DNA of 54,168 nucleotides. Source: Chiloscyllium plagiosum. Its lineage: Eukaryota. This document shows positions 24,684 through 35,890 of this stretch, piece by piece. A model generated the notes under the pieces. The model was not told the origin of the DNA and did no database searches. It worked only from the letters and a program-made list of their open reading frames with translations. Both the position numbers and the translations under genes were made by a program. Location: assembly GCF_004010195.1 (NCBI RefSeq), contig NC_057749.1, forward strand, positions 9,105,575-9,159,742. Reading direction: 5' to 3'. The first letter of the stretch is position 1. Each line of letters begins with the position of its first letter.

Positions 24684-24830
24684 TTGGCTCGGCTGGTTCT
24701 GCTCCAGGAGCTCAGCGGTCCGTTTTAACTCGTAAACTTGATGCTGCAGTTTTTGCCTCCGGCTTTTCTCAAGCTCTAACTCCTGCTTGCAAGCATCAAG
24801 TTCCACCCGGGCTAGAGGGGGACTCTCTGA
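24684..24830 (-). CDS. Coiled-coil gene exon: SESPPLARVELDACKQELELEKSRRQKLQHQVYELKRTAELLEQNQPSQ
   Basis: atgttttcag acceptor, CAA|gtacgt donor, 147 nt, phase 0-0. Confidence 0.85.
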
Positions 24831-25113
24831 CTGAAAACATCGAGAAATTTCATATTATTTACATCCATCTGGGCTGAACCAGAAAAGGTGACACCTAGAC
24901 TATGTTTCACCATTTAGCCCAATCTGTCATCCAACTCCCCACAGCTCATTCACCCCTTTACTCCGCAATATATTTTATTCACAAAGTTCTATCAATCTCA
25001 TATTTCAAATTAGCAACTAATCAATTGAAATATGATTGGAAGGAGAGACACGTTGCTAAGGTTTCTCGACTTGCTTTCATCAGGATAAATGCAAGAATGC
25101 CGCATTTCAAACG

Positions 25114-25620
25114 ATTCTGGTCTCCCTGCGATAGGAAGAATGTTGTGAAACTTGAGAAGGTTCAGAAAAGATTTACAAGGATGTTGCCAGGGTTGGACGG
25201 TTTGAGCTACAGGGAGAGGCTGAACAGGCTGGGGCTGCTTTCCTGCTGAGGGATGACCTTATAGAGGTTTATAAAATCATGAGGGGCATGGCCAGGGTGA
25301 ATAGACAAAGTCTTTTCCCTGGGGTGGGTGAGTCTGAAACTAGAGGGCATAGGTTTAGGGTGAGAAGGGAAAGATATAAAAGGGGCAACTTTTCACACAG
25401 AGGGTGGTGCGTGTATGGAACGAGCTGCCGGGGAAGTGGTGGAGGCTGGTACAATTACAACATTTAAAAGGCAACTGAATGGGTACATGAATAGGAAGGT
25501 TTAGAGGGATATGGGCCAAATGCTGGCAAATGCAACTAGGTTAGTTTAGGATATCTGATCAGCATAGATAAGTTGGACCAACGGTCTGTTTCCATGCTGT
25601 ACAGCTCTATTACTCTACAT
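25114..25620 (+). mobile_element. CR1-clade LINE 3' fragment
   Basis: Same RT C-terminus and tail as 21008-21530. Confidence 0.88.
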
Positions 25621-25840
25621 TAAGCCACAATTAAGAAAATAGTTGTGAACTTATGTGGCCTCACATTCATGTGTATGGTCAGACACACACATACATAGTC
25701 ACACGTGCATACACCCACATATGTCCACACAGGCTGAGATAGCCTCATCCTTATAATGCTGAGTACTCACAGGGTCACATTGGTTATGAGATTTGTTCCA
25801 AGTTTTAATTTGGAATAACACAAGTCACCGGCGGCAGTAC

Positions 25841-25904
25841 CTTGAATTTCTTCAATTCCGTTTCCACCTCAGTCTTTTCTTTTTCAAGTTCACATATCCT
25901 GTCA
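25841..25904 (-). CDS. Coiled-coil gene exon: (H)DRICELEKEKTEVETELKKFK
   Basis: atttttacgcag acceptor, AAG|gtactg donor, 64 nt, phase 2-0. Confidence 0.85.
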
Positions 25905-25989
25905 CTGCGTAAAAATGAGAGGAACCGTAATGTCTTGGTTACCACCCTCTTCCACTGCTGGCTCACCCCAACCTCAATTCAACAGAGAA

Positions 25990-26200
25990 GCAGAGATGGA
26001 GGGACAGAGGAAGAAAGAGAGATGGAGGGAGAGAGGGAGAGAGAACGATGGAGGAAGAGAGGAAGAAAGAGAGAGGGAGAGAGTGAGGGAGGGAGAGAGA
26101 GAGGGAGATGGTGAGAGAGATAGAGACAGAGCGATGGAGGGAGATAGGAAGAAAGAGGGCTGGAGAGGGAGCAGGAGAGGGAGAGGGGAAGAGAGAGAGA
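25990..26200. repeat. GA-rich low-complexity tract (another at 29835-30070)
   Basis: Directly visible. Confidence 0.9.
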
Positions 26201-26231
26201 TAATTGCCCAGGGTGGACTTAAGGAACTTAC

Positions 26232-26299
26232 TGGCTCTTCTGGAGTTCAGAGTGGAGGCTCTCCAGGTTACTGGAAACCTTCAGAGAACCTTGCAGTGC
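26232..26299 (-). CDS. Coiled-coil gene exon: ALQGSLKVSSNLESLHSELQKS
   Basis: ctctctccattcag acceptor, CA|gtaagt donor, 68 nt, phase 0-2; only an 89-nt intron separates it from the preceding exon. Confidence 0.85.
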
Positions 26300-26388
26300 C
26301 TGAATGGAGAGAGACAAGTGATGAACCAGTGATCAGGTAAAACAGAACATTCTCAGAACCGGTGATGGTTTGGATGCGAGACACTTAC

Positions 26389-26485
26389 AGAGTCACTGGC
26401 GATATCTCGCTGGAGCTGGAGGAGATGAATGATCCGCTCACTCTCCTCTTGCTGCTTTTTAAGCTGCACCTTTTCTGCTGTCATC
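26389..26485 (-). CDS. Coiled-coil gene exon: MTAEKVQLKKQQEESERIIHLLQLQRDIASDS
   Basis: cctggttttag acceptor, TCT|gtaagt donor, 97 nt, phase 2-0. Confidence 0.87.
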
Positions 26486-27236
26486 CTAAAACCAGGAGAG
26501 GGAGAATATCAGTCACTGCCAGACTTATATCCATGAACCGACTAATAACAGCAGCAAAGACCCCACTGACTGTCACATTGGGTCCCAAAGTGCACCCACT
26601 AGTGAGGCTCTCCTCATTTGCGCTCAGTATGAGTAAAGTAGATCGCTGCCTCTCATACCTCCTCTTCCCAAAATTAACAGCCACAGCTACCTGGGCCCTA
26701 AACTCCATAAATCACTTTACTTTCTGAATGACGCTGCTGAAATCCTGTTTAGCTTTTGGCCATCTGTCTGAATTTTATTATTTTTTGTATTCATTCACAG
26801 TTATCGCTGACTAGGCCACCATTTATTGCCCATCCCTAATTACCCAGAGGGCAGTTAAAAGTCAACCACATTGCTGTGGGTCTGGAGTCACATGTAGGCC
26901 AGACCAGGTAAGGATGGAAGATTTCCTTCCCTAAAGGACATTAGTGAACCAGATGGATGCTCCTCCCAACAATAGTTTCATGGTCATCTTTAGACTTTCC
27001 AGATCATTAATGAGTGAGTATGTGGGACTTGTTACAATTTCACAGGGTCACGGTGAATAGCATAGATGGTTTTACAGGGAAACGAGACAGACGCATGAGG
27101 GGGGGGAAAGGATAGATCAGATATTTTCTACAAGTTGAGCAGAAATTCCTGAATTTTATCCCATCATAACCCAAATTGAGGCTTAAAAACAGTTGTGACC
27201 CTACAACGGGCAACAGCAGGGTGAGGAAGAACATAT

Positions 27237-27854
27237 TGTCATAGACCAGACCAGATCCCCTCAAAATATTTTAAGAAGGTAGCCTAGACACTAACGCTTT
27301 CTTATTTTTAAAGGAAAATGTAAAGTGCTGTGTTCCAGATGCAATACAACTAGTCAAACTACTCAATGTTAAGCAAAACACAATTTATTTAAACACTAGC
27401 ATTACAATACAAATGACAATAACTTAACTCAACTGGACAACTTAACAGAACAATAGATATAGTACCTATTATTAATTAACTGTTCCAATACAGTAACATC
27501 CCATTAATACACCCCTTAGCAAAAAGGAAAATTCAGACACAGATTCTGACATGCAGTACTCCCATCCAGGAGGAACAGAAAATTCAGAGAGAGCAGCAGC
27601 CAGGGCACACTCACTGAAGCTTCCAACTCTGTTGAGACCTTAATAGCTTCTGCTTAAAGCTAAACCAAAAAAAACAGAACTCTTGATTGGTGAGAGTTGG
27701 CCACGCCCATTCCAGCTGCTTAAATAAACCCCAATGCCTCCCAAGCTGTTTACTCCAGCAGTTCAGGTAGACTGGTTGGCGTTCGGCCCTACGACCACAC
27801 TTCAAAGAAAAAAATCAAGACAAAATAACTTTTGAACATCACAGCATCGTCGCA
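27237..27854 (-). mobile_element. Solo LTR (Gypsy-like), 618 bp, 4-bp TSD ATAT
   Basis: TG...CA termini; ATAT at 27233-27236 and 27855-27858; same family as 6611-7231. Confidence 0.8.
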
Positions 27855-28461
27855 ATATCTTGATAGCAGCAGGAGTGGTGCTTGGGGGATAGGGAAGGTG
27901 GATATTGCAAGTTCAGCTTCAGAGTTTGCAACCTCAAAAGTTGAGCTCGTGGTCTGACCCTCCCACTTTGGGAAGTCGTGGGTTAGAGGAGATAGGGTGG
28001 GAGAAGGCTAGTGGGGAGCTTAAGCACATTTACGCCTGGATACAGCAGGCTGTATCTTAGACAGGACCTTAAATTATTACAATTACTGTGCATTTGACAT
28101 TTTAATAATGGTTTAAAAATAGGTGATTACAGATTAACCTCGTCTGATAAATCAATGTGATGCAGTATGACTCACAAAGTCTTATGGGCATGGTGAAATG
28201 TCCATGAGTGACACAAACATGCATGTGCAGATACATGAACATACAGACATGCGCACACATACACAAACACACACCCACACAAACACATGCATAGAAATAC
28301 GTACACACATACACAGACACAAACACACACACACAAACACAGACACAGATATACATGTGCACACATAAACGCGTTCACACACACAGAATCACACAGACAC
28401 AAACACACACACACACAGACACTTACAGACAGACACAGACAAACACACACACAATTTATAC

Positions 28462-28538
28462 CTGGTTAAAGTGGCCCTCAGCTCAAACAACTCCTCCAGA
28501 TCAGCTGCAAAGCTCTCACAATCTCCCGGTGAATCGGC
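28462..28538 (-). CDS. Coiled-coil gene exon: ADSPGDCESFAADLEELFELRATLT
   Basis: Long pyrimidine tract then ccccacag acceptor, AG|gtataa donor, 77 nt, phase 0-2. Confidence 0.75.
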
Positions 28539-29567
28539 CTGTGGGGTGGGGAGGTGGGGAGAGGGAAGGAGCCAGCAGAAAGACAGCGATCAGTCTAACA
28601 AAGCACCACATGGCTGCTTCTGATTACTTCAAAACCGAAAACGTTCGGGGCAAAGCGAGTGAACTGACACTGGCCTGGTAACCCTCAATGCCAGTACATC
28701 AAGAGTAGGTGAGTCAGAGCTCCCAGCCTGGGAACTTGTAAAATGGAAATAAAATCATATAACATAGGAGCAGAAGGTAGGCCATTCAGCCCATCGAGTC
28801 TACTCCACCATTCAACGAGGTCATGGCTGATCTGATAACCCTTGATTTGACTCCCAATGCTTTTTTTTTTAACTCATTTGTAGGCTGGGTGTCGCTGGCT
28901 GGGCCCAGCATTTATTGCCCATCCCTAGTTGCCCTTGAGAAGGTGGGGGTGAGCTGCTTTCTTGAACCGCTGCAGTCCACCTGCTGTGAGTTAACCCATA
29001 ATGCCCTTAGGGAGGAGTTTCAGGACTGTGACCCAGTGACACTGAAGAAACCACAAAATATTTCCAAGTCAGGATGGTGAGTGGCTCGGAGGGGAACTTG
29101 AAAGGGGTGGTGATCCCATGTGTCTGCTGCCCTTGTCCTTCCGGGTGGAAGTGGCCGTGGGTTTGGAAGGTGTTGTCTGAGGATCTGTGGTGAATTCCTG
29201 CAGTGTGTCTTGCAGATGGGACGCAGCGCTGCTCCTGAGCGTCGGTGGTGGAGGGAGTGGATGTTTGTGGATGTGGTGTCAATCAAGTGGGAGCTGCTTT
29301 GTCCTGGATGGTGTCAAGCTTCCTGTGTGTATTTGGAGCTGCCCCCATCCAGGCAAGTGAGGAGTATTCCATCACACTCCGGTCCTTTGCCTTGTAGATG
29401 GTGGACAGGCTTTTGGGGGAGGGGGGGAGGGGGTCACGAGGTGAGTTACTCTCCGCAAGATTCATAATCTCATGGCCTTCACATGGGGTACAACAGTTAG
29501 CAGTACAACGGGTTTTCGTTATTGTTCCCTCTCACCCAGGCCAACCTTGAAAATAAGAGCTCCAGAC

Positions 29568-29775
29568 CTTCTCATTCTTTTGCGAATTCTTCCCAATGAC
29601 CAATCGGAGCTCTTTCTCCTTGGCGTTCAGAGCTGTCGAGGCTTCTTGCCATTTTGCCTTCCAGTATTGAGCGATCTGATGCTGCTCCAGAGTCACAGCA
29701 GTCAGCTCTTCAGCCTTCTGCTGCAACTCAACCTCCAGGCGCCCCCTGTCTTCCTTCAGTTCAGCTTCCGAGGCC
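29568..29775 (-). CDS. Coiled-coil gene exon: ASEAELKEDRGRLEVELQQKAEELTAVTLEQHQIAQYWKAKWQEASTALNAKEKELRLVIGKNSQKNEK
   Basis: gtgttcctcag acceptor (phase 2); donor AAG|gtctgg (phase 0) or alternative GG|gtgaga at 29536 (phase 2). Confidence 0.85.
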
Positions 29776-30029
29776 CTGAGGAACACAAGGACTGGGCGTA
29801 AATCAGAGAGAATTAGCATTGAGTACAGAGAACATGTGAGAGAGAGAGTGACAGCGAGAGTGGGAGAGAGATAGAGAGAGTGCATGACCATGAGAGAGCC
29901 CTAGAATGCTTGAGAGATCCCGAGAGAGCGCGAGAGCACGTGAGAGAGCCCGAGAGAGCACAAGAGCAAGAGAGCGCGAGAGAGAGAGTTAGAGGGATAG
30001 AGTGAGAGCAAAAGAGTGAGACCAATAAG

Positions 30030-30062
<33 letters not shown>

Positions 30063-31331
30063 CACGAGAGGCGGGTGAACAACTATTAACAGACCGTATG
30101 ACAGAAAAGAGACATAGATGACCACGGGGCATCTCAAAGTGCTGAGCAGTCGATGAAGCACTTTACTATTACAACACAAGAGATAGGGCAGCAAGCTCCC
30201 ACAAACAACAATGTGATAATGACCAGATTCGGCTGTTTCCTGGTGAGGTTGTTTGGAAGATAAATACTGGACAGAAACCCCCCTTGCTCCTCTTGTTCAG
30301 AAAGGGATCCTTTATGCCCACCCAAGCAAGCAGATGAACACGTTACTCATGAGTTCCTTTTAAGTAGGTTCCCTCAGATTAGACCTGGTCAATTAGTTAT
30401 TTTTAACCTTCAAACCTCCAAGCTGACAGCCGTTGTTTATAAACCACGATTTCCTTGTAAGATTGTGACTGATCGCTGTCTCGACTCCATTTCCCCACCT
30501 TACCACTCAATACATCAACAAGAACTGTTTCATCTCAGCCTCTGAATTTTCTATTTCTTCAACATATAAGCCTTGAGGAGCGCGAGTTCCAAATTTCCCA
30601 CCACTTTGTACGAAAATGTACCACGTATTTCCACTCCTAAAGAGCCCAGCTCCGAGAGATGGGTTAAGTGCTGAAGTGTCACCTTCTCCACCAGAGAAGA
30701 TACTCTCTCAGTATCTCCCTCATTGAATCCTTTCAACATTTTCCAATTTCTTTAAGTCAAGGGGAAACAAATTATGTTTATGCAGCCTCTCTTTGTAATT
30801 CAATATTGTGAACCCCGGCATATTTCCCGTGAATGTAGGCTACGCCTTGTCTGAGGCCAATCTGTCCATCCTTAGGTACAGTGTGTTTAAGACCATGGAA
30901 CATCAGAACAGAATTAGGCCATTCAGCCCATCCAATCTGTTCTGCCATTCAATCATGGTTGACATGTTTCTCAAACCCATTCTCCTGCTGTCCTCCCACA
31001 AACCATGAACCCCTGACTATTCAGGAACCTATCAATTTCTTGAAGACACTCAGTGACTTGGCCTCCACAGACCTCTGTGACAATGAGCTCCACAGATTCA
31101 CCTCCCTCCTGCTGAAGAGGTTCCTCCTCATCTCAGTCTAAAGGGTCATCCCTTCTCTCTGAAGCTGTGCCCCCGTGTTCTAGTCTCGCTGGTTGGTGGA
31201 AACATCTTCTGCCAAAAAGCCAAGGTAAACTGAAACTCAAAATGTCATTAAAGTCACTTGCGTGATAAATGGGAACCCAGGATGCTCGTCTGGAAAAAGT
31301 CCAATGATGCTCAAACACAATATTCAACTGT

Positions 31332-31553
31332 CAACAGATGGGGTGATGGAAAAGCACAGTAGGTCAGACAGCATCTGAGGAGCAAGAAGATCAACATTTC
31401 AGGCTGAAACCTTTTATCAGGATTAATGAAAGGTTTCAACCCGAAACGTTGACTTTCCTGTTCCTCGGATGCTCTCTGACCCTGCTGTGCTTTCCAGCTC
31501 CACATCTATTGACTCGGACTTCCAGCATCTGCAGTCCCCCACTGTCTCCAAGT
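31332..31553. mobile_element. Fold-back PLE-tail element with a 16-bp TSD
   Basis: CACAATATTCAACTGT at 31316-31331 and 31554-31569; inverted arms. Confidence 0.85.
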
Positions 31554-31669
31554 CACAATATTCAACTGTGTCCCTTGCAGAATTCCAAATTTTCCCTTCT
31601 ACAATCCTACAAACAAGTTCATTCCATTGGTTGATCACTCAATCTGTAAAGCCCTGGCACCGACATTAA

Positions 31670-32275
31670 GGAGCAAGAAGGTAAATGCTATGTTGGCCTT
31701 CACAGCGAATGGATTCGAGTAGCGGAGCAGGGATGTCTCACTGGATCTAGAATACAGTGTACAGTTTCAATCTCCTTATCAGAGGAAGGATGGTCTGACT
31801 ATGGAGGGAGCAAAACAAAGGTTTACCAGACTGATTCCTGGGAATAGCAGGACTGACGTATGAGGACTTAGAATTATATTCATTGACATTTAGAAGAATG
31901 AGGGGAATCTCATAGAAACCTATAAAATTCTAACAGGACTGGGCAACATTAACACAGGAAGGATTTTCTCAATAACTGGGGAGCATCAAACCAGGGATCA
32001 CAGTTAGAGGGTATAGGGTAGACCATTTAGGATTGAGATTATGAGAAATCCCAGAGAGTGGGGAATTCTCTGCCACAGAAAGTAGTTGAGGCCAAAACAA
32101 TGAATGTTTTCCAGAAAGAGTTAAGGTATAGTCCTCATGGCTAAAGGGGTCAAAGGGTATGGAGAGAAAGCAGGAACAGGGGACTGAGTTGGATGATCAG
32201 CCGTGATCACATTGAATGTCGAACAGGCTTGTAGGGGTGAATGGCCTATTCTTTCCCCTATTTTCAATGTTTCTA
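31670..32275 (+). mobile_element. Degraded CR1-clade LINE 3' fragment
   Basis: Collinear similarity to 19900-20560. Confidence 0.8.
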
Positions 32276-32297
32276 TATTTCTAACCCCATGGAGTCG

Positions 32298-32746
32298 CAT
32301 GGTGGCTCAGTGGTTAGCACTGCTGCCTCACTGCAACAGGGACCCAGGTTCGATTCTACCCTCGGGTGACTGTCTGTGTGGGTTTGCACATTCTCCCAGT
32401 GTCTGCGTGGGTTTCCTATGGGTGCTCTGGTTTCCTCCCACAGTCCTAAGATGTGCAGGTTAGGTGAATTGGCCATNNNNNNNNNNNNCTGTGTGGGTTT
32501 GCACATTCTCCCACTGTCTGCGTGGGTTTCCTCTGGGTGCTCCAGTTTCCTCCCACAGTCCTAAGATGTGCAGGTTAGGTGAATTGGCCATACTAAATTG
32601 CCCATAGCATTCAAGGGTGTAAAGATTAGGTGCATTAGTCAGGGTAATTGAGATAGGGGAATGGTTCTGGGTGGGTTACTCTTTGGAGGGTCGGTGTGGA
32701 CTTGTTGGGCTGAAGGGCCTGTTCCCACACTGTAGGGTTTCTATGA
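32298..32746 (+). mobile_element. HE1-type V-SINE spanning a 12-N gap
   Basis: Head, core and tail; the core is repeated on both sides of the gap at 32477-32488. Confidence 0.82.
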
Positions 32747-32819
32747 TAAATGTGCCTCTCAAGTTTAAAATTGGAACACAGTCTCAGATTAAGGGGCAAA
32801 ACATTTAACACCGAGGCAT

Positions 32820-33485
32820 AGAGTCATACAGCAAGGAAATAAACTCTTCGGTCCAAGCAGTCCATACCAACCATGTTCCAAAAACTAAACCAGTCCCACT
32901 TCCCTGGGTTTAGCCTATATCCCTCCAAACCTTTCCTATTCACGAATTTATCCAAATGTCTTTTAAACATTGTAACTGTATCTGCATCCACCACTTTCTC
33001 TGCCAGTTCGTTCCATATACAAACCACTCTGTGGAAAAATGTTGCCTCTCGTGTCTTTTTTAAAATCTTTCTCCTTTCACCTTAAAAATATGCCCCAGTT
33101 TTGAACTCCCCACCTTAAGGAAAAGACCTTTTCTATTCACCATATCTATGCCCCTCATGATTTTATGAGTCGAGAATGTGGTGCTGAAAAAGCACAGCAG
33201 GTCAGGCAGCATCCGAGGAGGAGGGGAATCGACGTTTTGGGCATAAGCTGTTCCTCACTTTTTCCTCATGATCTTACAAACCTCTAAGGTCATGCCTCAA
33301 CCTCCTCTGCTCCAGTGAAAAAAATTCCCAGACTATCCAGCTTCTTGTTATAACTCAAACCCTTCAGTTCCAGCAACATCCTGATGAATCTTTTCTGAAC
33401 CCTCTCCACTTTAATAATATGCTTTCTATAACAGGGTGACCACAACTGTACACAGCACTCCAGAAGAGGCCTTACCAATATCCTT
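32820..33485 (-). mobile_element. CR1-clade LINE 3' fragment with a PLE-tail insertion (33166-33263, TSD cctcatgat[t/c]tta)
   Basis: Minus translation VRPLLECCVQLWSPCYRKHIIKVERVQKRFIRML. Confidence 0.85.
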
Positions 33486-33869
33486 TAACAAGACATTGGC
33501 GAAGCCACTTTTGGAGTACTGCGTTCAATTCCAGTCTCTCCGCTACAGGTAGGATGTTGTTAAACACGAAAGGGTGCAGAAAAAATTTACAAGGATGTTG
33601 CCAGGACTGCAGGGTCTGAGTTTGAAGGAGAAGTTGGATAGTCTGGGACGTTTCTCACTGGAGATTCGGAGCCTGAGGGGTGACATTAAGGTTCCTCAGA
33701 TCCCTTTCAAATTTTTCCCCTTTTCCCCTTAAACCTATGCCATGTAATTTCAAACTCACCTACCCTGGGGCAAAGTCCTTGGCTATTCACCTGACCTACA
33801 CTCGTGATTATACAAACTCCTCAGCCTCCTACGCTGCAGGGGAGCATAGTCACCACAATGCTGACTATC

Positions 33870-34225
33870 GGCAGCACAGTGGCTCAGTGGTTAGCACTGC
33901 TGCCTCATAGCGTCAGGGACCCAGGTTCAATCCATGCCTCAGGCAACTGTCTGTGTGGAGTTTGCACATTCTCCCCATGTCTGCATGGGTTTCCCCCGGG
34001 TGCTCCGGTTTCCTCCCACTGTCCAAAGATGTGCAGGTTAGTTGAATTGGCTACGCTAAATTGCCCATCGTGTTCAGGGATGTGTAGGTTAGGTGCATTA
34101 GTCAGGGGTAAATGTAGAGTAAAGGGTTGGGGAATGGGTCTGGGTGGGTGACTCTTTAGACGGTCAGTGTGGACTTGTTGGGCAAAAGGACCTGTTTCTG
34201 CACTGTAGGGATTTGATTCTTTGAT
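33870..34225 (+). mobile_element. HE1-type V-SINE
   Basis: Full head, core and tail. Confidence 0.85.
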
Positions 34226-34446
34226 TCAAATGGTGATTGTAAAAGCCCATTGGGTTCAACAATGTCCTTTAGGGGAAGGGGATCTGACTCCACGTGACTC
34301 CAGACCCACCGCAATGAAATGGCCGGCACCACCAATCAGATTGAGAATGAGTAAAGATCAGCGGTAAACGCTGGCCCCACCCACACCCCAGGAAACGAAG
34401 AGGAAAAGAATTCCACCAAAAGGCTGAGCAACCTTCCCGCGTTTAC

Positions 34447-34685
34447 CGGAGCTCCTTGCAGTTTTGCCGTAAGGTCCAGAGCTCGTCCACCTGGGTCTGG
34501 TCATCCACCTGGACGGCGGTCAGCAACATCTCCCTTTCGCTGACCAGGTGGCTGCGCTCCGTCTGCAGGGCCTCAATCTGGTTGCTGAAGATGGTCTTCT
34601 CGGCCTGGAGGTGGTGGAGCTGGTCCTGGCACAGCTCCAGCCTCTGCTGAGACTGGCCCAGCTCTGAGGTCAGCCTGTCGTTCAC
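34447..34685 (-). CDS. Coiled-coil gene exon: VNDRLTSELGQSQQRLELCQDQLHHLQAEKTIFSNQIEALQTERSHLVSEREMLLTAVQVDDQTQVDELWTLRQNCKEL
   Basis: ctttcatcctcag acceptor, CG|gtaaac donor, 239 nt, phase 0-2. Confidence 0.9.
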
Positions 34686-35191
34686 CTGAGGATGAAAGAG
34701 CACAGGGAGGGGAGGTGGGGGGTGAGACAGCACCTAGGGTCCCTCAGCCGCTGAAAGAGAAAACTGGAAACTCCAGCTACACCTTGAGGAAAGAAACCTG
34801 GTCTGGCCTACATGTGACTCCAGACCCACAGCAATGGAGCTGACTCTTCACTCTGGACAATACGGGTTGAGCAATGAATACTGGCCCCGACAGCAACACC
34901 CTCATCCCCATGAGTAAGTAAATAAAACTCCCACTTCATCTGCCTAATCCCTCATCCTGGTGTAAACCTTGCAGAAATTTTCTGCACCTTATCCATGTCC
35001 TTTTCAACAGATAACGACCAGAGCCAGGAGGCCAAGTATGGCCCAAGCTTTGGTTTCACAACTTCTCTGCTGTTCAGCTCCATCTGACTAAAACGATTTG
35101 GTTGATTTGTGCTTAAATGTCGCTAATCCATTCTTTTTGTTTAAACATCACTTTTGTTACATTAAAAAAAAACAAGGTAAAGCTGTTGTAC

Positions 35192-35380
35192 CTGTTTGAT
35201 GGTGGCTAGCTTTTCTTGCAGCAAGACCTTTTCCTGATCTTGTCTGTTGGCCTGAGTTTTGGTGCTCACCAACTCTGTGTGCAGGTCAGCAACTTGCTCA
35301 TCGAAGCCCTCCTTCCCTCTCAGAGCACGCTGTAGCTCCAGAGTCAAGTGTCGGACCTGCTTGTGTAATTCCAGCTTCTC
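35192..35380 (-). CDS. Coiled-coil gene exon: EKLELHKQVRHLTLELQRALRGKEGFDEQVADLHTELVSTKTQANRQDQEKVLLQEKLATIKQ
   Basis: agttttacag acceptor, CAG|gtacaa donor, 189 nt, phase 0-0. Confidence 0.9.
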
Positions 35381-35854
35381 CTGTAAAACTCAGCCATGTT
35401 AGAATCCGACTCTCACATCGCCCTGGCACCACACCCTCCACTTCAAAAACCGAAGATCGCCAGATTTTCAGGTGATCATTCATCCCCCAATCTCACCCAT
35501 CCTAATTTTTGGTTTCCTGAGAATATGGAAGACGTGGGAGGCTTCATGTCTGCTCCAGCTCTCTGAAAGAGCTATCGAATTAATCATAGGCATTTGGACC
35601 CTTTTCAAATATTTATCCCAACCCTTTTCAAAGTCACGACTCAACCTGCTTCCACCACAGGCAATGCCTTCCAGCTCAGATCGCACCAACAGTTCTCTTC
35701 ATTCTCCTGTGCTTCCTCTACCAATGACCCTACATCTATGTCCTCTTGTTATTGCCAATGGGAACAGTCTCATATTATATCTACAATATTTTCAGTGGTC
35801 AGTGAGTTCAGTTAGCTGAACGTGACGTGGAGTGAAGCCAATAGCACGGGTTCA

Positions 35855-35890
35855 ATTCCTGAAGAAGGGCCTGTGCCCGAAACGTCGAAT
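35855..35890 (+). ncRNA. Intact minimal type I hammerhead ribozyme motif
   Basis: attc-CTGAAGA-a-gggc-ctgt-gccc-GAAAC-GTC-gaat; perfect 4-bp helix I and helix II; predicted cleavage after C35886. Confidence 0.8.

Noticed and set aside
32373..32591. Internal tandem duplication in a SINE
   Set aside because: The two copies abut a 12-N gap; most likely a contig-overlap artefact.
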